Positions 60,701 through 64,000 of a stretch of 64,000 nucleotides of DNA are shown piece after piece. Position 1 is the first letter of the stretch. The number at the start of each line of letters is the position of its first letter. This stretch comes from Tubiluchus corallicola (Eukaryota; Animalia; Priapulida): NCBI GenBank assembly GCA_030141605.1, contig JAQGDQ010000193.1, forward strand, positions 248,001 to 312,000, in the 5' to 3' direction. The translations under genes and the position numbers were made by a program. The notes under the pieces were generated by a model. It saw only the letters and a program-made list of their open reading frames with translations, was not told the DNA's origin and did not search any database.

Positions 60701-63700
60701 TTCATACAATGTTGCAGTAGAAGTTAACAGGCTTCAGGAGAACAGGGGTCTAGGACAACCAAAATACAGAAAACAGGTATCTTCATGGTTATTCATGTTG
60801 CATCCAACATTCATATGTTGCATATTCGTTTTTCATGTGTGGCAAGATAAAAAGTCTCTATGAAAATTAAATGTATTATTTTATTCAAAAGCAGCTTAAA
60901 ATTGCAGTTTGGCTTATTCTCTGTGCAGCTGGCAATAGTTATGGTTTTAAAATAAATCATGTTCTCTAACATTAAATTTTCGCCTCTCTATTAACTAGGT
61001 TATAGATAAGATAAAAGACACAAAGCAGACGTTGGCAGAATGTCTGTTTTGGTGGTCATGTCAAACTCCTTTAGACAAGCACAATACTCTACAGTTGTTG
61101 ACGTACTTGAAAAAGGATAAATCGGTGAACAATGATGGCTCGTTGGAATCCGCAAGCTTAGCTCTTGTAGTGACATTTCTCTATTGTATAGATGTCAGCA
61201 TACTCGACCAACACGAGGACACCGACGGTTAGTTTTATTTTTATTTGCTTTCACAGAACATTGTTTCATTGTATTAAATTTTGCATGTTTCTGAAAGTGA
61301 GTGATCAGTTATAACAAAAAGTTTGTTTTGTAGTTAGTTTTTTATACAATAAATTTAGTTTCTGTGAAACATCGAAGTCTTTGAACATTTGATCTCTCTC
61401 TTATCATTTACTAAGGAACATTTATTCTGGGCTAATTATTACAATCAGACTTTCTCCTCGCATCTGTGATCGCTTGTTTAATATGTTGCTGAACTTATTT
61501 GTAAGCTATATAGTTTCCATTCATTTTGCTAGATCATCAAATCAAAAAATTGCTTAATATTAAACATAGAACTCAATAGCCACTGATAGGACAGTCTTAG
61601 AAGATACTAAAATATCACCAGCCAGTCATTGTATAACCATTTAAGCTACTGAACCAAATGTAGGTCATCCCTGTTAATCAGCACCCCTAAGTTAAGTTTA
61701 AATTTATTATTTTCCTATAAGTTAAAATTTTATATTAGTTGTTCTTAAATGCTGTACAATAAAACTTTGTACATAAAATTCATAAAAAAGTACAAATGAA
61801 ACACACTACCTATTAAACAGAATGGGTAACTTACTAATTAATTAATTAAATTGTAATTGAAACCAACAATTTGCTTTCAAAGGGTGCATTATTCTATTAA
61901 TGTATTGTTTTGAGAACTTTTGAACTATAAGGACTTGTGTACTTGTGCTTACAGTGCATAGTTCTAGCTGTTACAAAATAATTTCTCTTTTATGTTTAAC
62001 ACTTTCTTAGCATTCTATATTGTTCACAGGGCAAAAAAACTAACTTATCTGGTGTTTGTTTTCAGATGTTGTTCAACAGTTTCCTATTTTTGCTGACACA
62101 GGATTCGTTCCTGCATTGCACCGTGAAGTTTTATCTGAACAACCGTGGGAGAATCCAGCTTTGCGATCAGTTATACAATTTGCTTGGGCTGTTTCATTAC
62201 GAGGCTTGTCACAAAATTCTAGCAGCTTGGGTAATTAATGCAGTTAATCATTTTGCTTCTTGTATGCTGTATTTGTTACTGGCTTTTTGTCAACATTCCC
62301 TTTGGTTTGAGTGGGTTCAGAGTTCTAAGTTAGACAAAGATATTGCAAAGCAGAATTTTAACACAATCCGTGAATTAGTTTTCAACCTAGCAGGTTAGAA
62401 AAGTTGGAATCTGTAAAATTTAGAAGCTTCTCCAGATTAATAGTAAAAAGTTCTACATAAACCTCAAATTATCTGCTAATCTCTGCACATCTGCTAAGCA
62501 GTAGTGGATTTTTTTAAAGCACAAGAAAACCCTCCACATGCATCAAACTGAAAAGATTTGTCTTGAAATTTTACACCAATTACATACTGCCTTTTTGCAT
62601 GCAGGGTTTGCGTCAGCAGTAATGCTGTATAAAACTTGTAAATTTAAACTCCGGCTAGGACCGTTAGGCGCAGCCATTTTAATGGTAGGCCATTGGAGAC
62701 AAGTTTACATAACATTACGTTAAGTTTCAAAAATAATCAGCACATGCTTAGCACACATGGCACTAACTAAGTAAAATTTTATCTTGTCAATAAGATTAAA
62801 AATATGTTTTTGGTTAGTGAGTTGCGCATCTGGAGGGTGACCCAGCGACATTTTACCAATTTGCACGAACATTTTAAATTATTATTTCTAGTTACATAAG
62901 TCTTTCAGGCAGGTAAGCGAAATGATAAGTAATATAGATTTGCATGAAAAGGTTTTTGCGACATAATTTAAAATTGCCTTTTCCTCCCCTGATTTACGGT
63001 TGCATAGATGATGTCACATCATGGTACAGTCAGAAGAACAGTATTGCTGGAGATTTAAGATGAATACAGACAAAATTCTTTTTAACGCCAGTACGATGTA
63101 CGCATAAAAATGCTGTAAAGTAATATAATCTTTCAAGGTGATTTCTCTGAAACCTACTTTAAGTACCTCTTTTCTTGTCCTTTAAGCATATTTATTTATA
63201 GATTTGTTAATACATGGTATTAAAATTTATGATGCCATTAGAAATGGTGGCTTTTCAAGGTTACTTATTGTCGTTGATTTCAAAATGCAGCCTAGCTATT
63301 TTGAAATAAAGTATCACAGTTTCTATTGAGAAACAATTTTCTAAGGTATCAAAGGTAAAGGTGGATTACCATGTAATTTGAAAATGTTTGAGCATTTTGA
63401 AACAACATTGTAATTTCTCCTTGATAAGGATGCTTATGATGCATTAGTGATTTACTAGTGGTGCACTATTTTTTCACAAACTAAAGCTCTCTCTTAGTAT
63501 ATCTTGGTCTATGAAGAAAATGGCTATAGAAAACGTGTACTACTAGTAGGCAGAGTTGAAAAGTAAGAAAATGCATGGCGTCCATTAGTTCCATGCTGCA
63601 GCAGTTGTGAGTTAGTATTGTTGCCTGTTTTGATAAAATGAAGAGATTTTCCCGAGCCGATGAGCTACCAAACCTACGATCTCAGTAGTCAGTCAGTACA

Positions 63701-63951
63701 TGTCTGGTTTCGTTGAACTCTCGGTAGTTTTTCTCTGTTTAATTTACATTGGGAGCTTGAATTTTATTTTATTAGGGTTAAATGAGTTTTTGGAGGAGGA
63801 TGAATTAGTAGTTGATGGTGCAATAGACAACAATGCTTTCCAAGCGCTGAACAAACTCTTGGTTTCGTCACCCGGTTTCCACAAAGAAGAATTCTATGTA
63901 CGACGGATGCATGTACTTATAACAGATTTCATATCACTCATGCCTCTTAAG
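57064..63951 (+). CDS. NUP205: Nuclear pore complex protein Nup205, first 8 coding exons (3'-partial, continues beyond the window)
   Basis: Exons 57064-57094, 57860-58002, 58569-58740, 59327-59545, 60691-60776, 60999-61227, 62066-62230, 63776-63951. Spliced sequence AVNLAASLWAPYK..HKPSFLSLLENPSKN..ISDLFNLNEIAAAELLLAGE..FPGLTRGLVAVLLYYDG..EEFYVRRMHVLITDFISLMPLK matches the Nup205 N-terminus; phases are consistent. Confidence 0.93.
57725..57803. repeat. (TA)n microsatellite
   Basis: About 23 perfect TA units followed by degenerate AT repeats, in NUP205 intron 1. Confidence 0.95.
62600..62985 (+). repeat. Dispersed repeat family B, copy 2
   Basis: Colinear similarity with 43205-43690. Confidence 0.65.
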
Positions 63952-64000
63952 GTAACTCGTGCAAGTATTCAAAAAACTGTTTCTTAAGAGCAAGTTTTTT

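Noticed and set aside
63630-63725. tRNA or tRNA-derived SINE
   Set aside because: No cloverleaf and no convincing A/B boxes.

Overview
AT-rich, intron-rich animal (invertebrate-like) genomic DNA; not prokaryotic, and I found no CRISPR, rRNA or tRNA. Splicing by hand (GT-AG, phases consistent) gives four genes. (1) A 26-exon TUT4/7-type terminal uridylyltransferase on the - strand (29699->3629, ~2380 aa). (2) Head-to-head with it, a 15-exon REXO1 DEDDh 3'-5' exonuclease on the + strand (33151->50688, ~1785 aa). (3) A small heat-shock protein with an HSE/TATA promoter (52911-53525). (4) The first 8 coding exons of NUP205 (57064 to window end). A probable first exon of a fifth gene lies at the left edge next to a dense RFX X-box cluster. 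Introns carry MITEs, LINE fragments and two minisatellites. Most interesting: a tandem pair of unrecognised ~125-aa domains inside the TUTase; an inverted pseudo-exon in the TUTase pre-mRNA that can fold back across the two exons holding all three catalytic aspartates; an inverted pair of decayed hammerhead-like motifs; a minisatellite whose unit mimics a 3' splice site; and the divergent pairing of a uridyl-tailing enzyme with an exonuclease. All calls come from reading the sequence; no database search was run.
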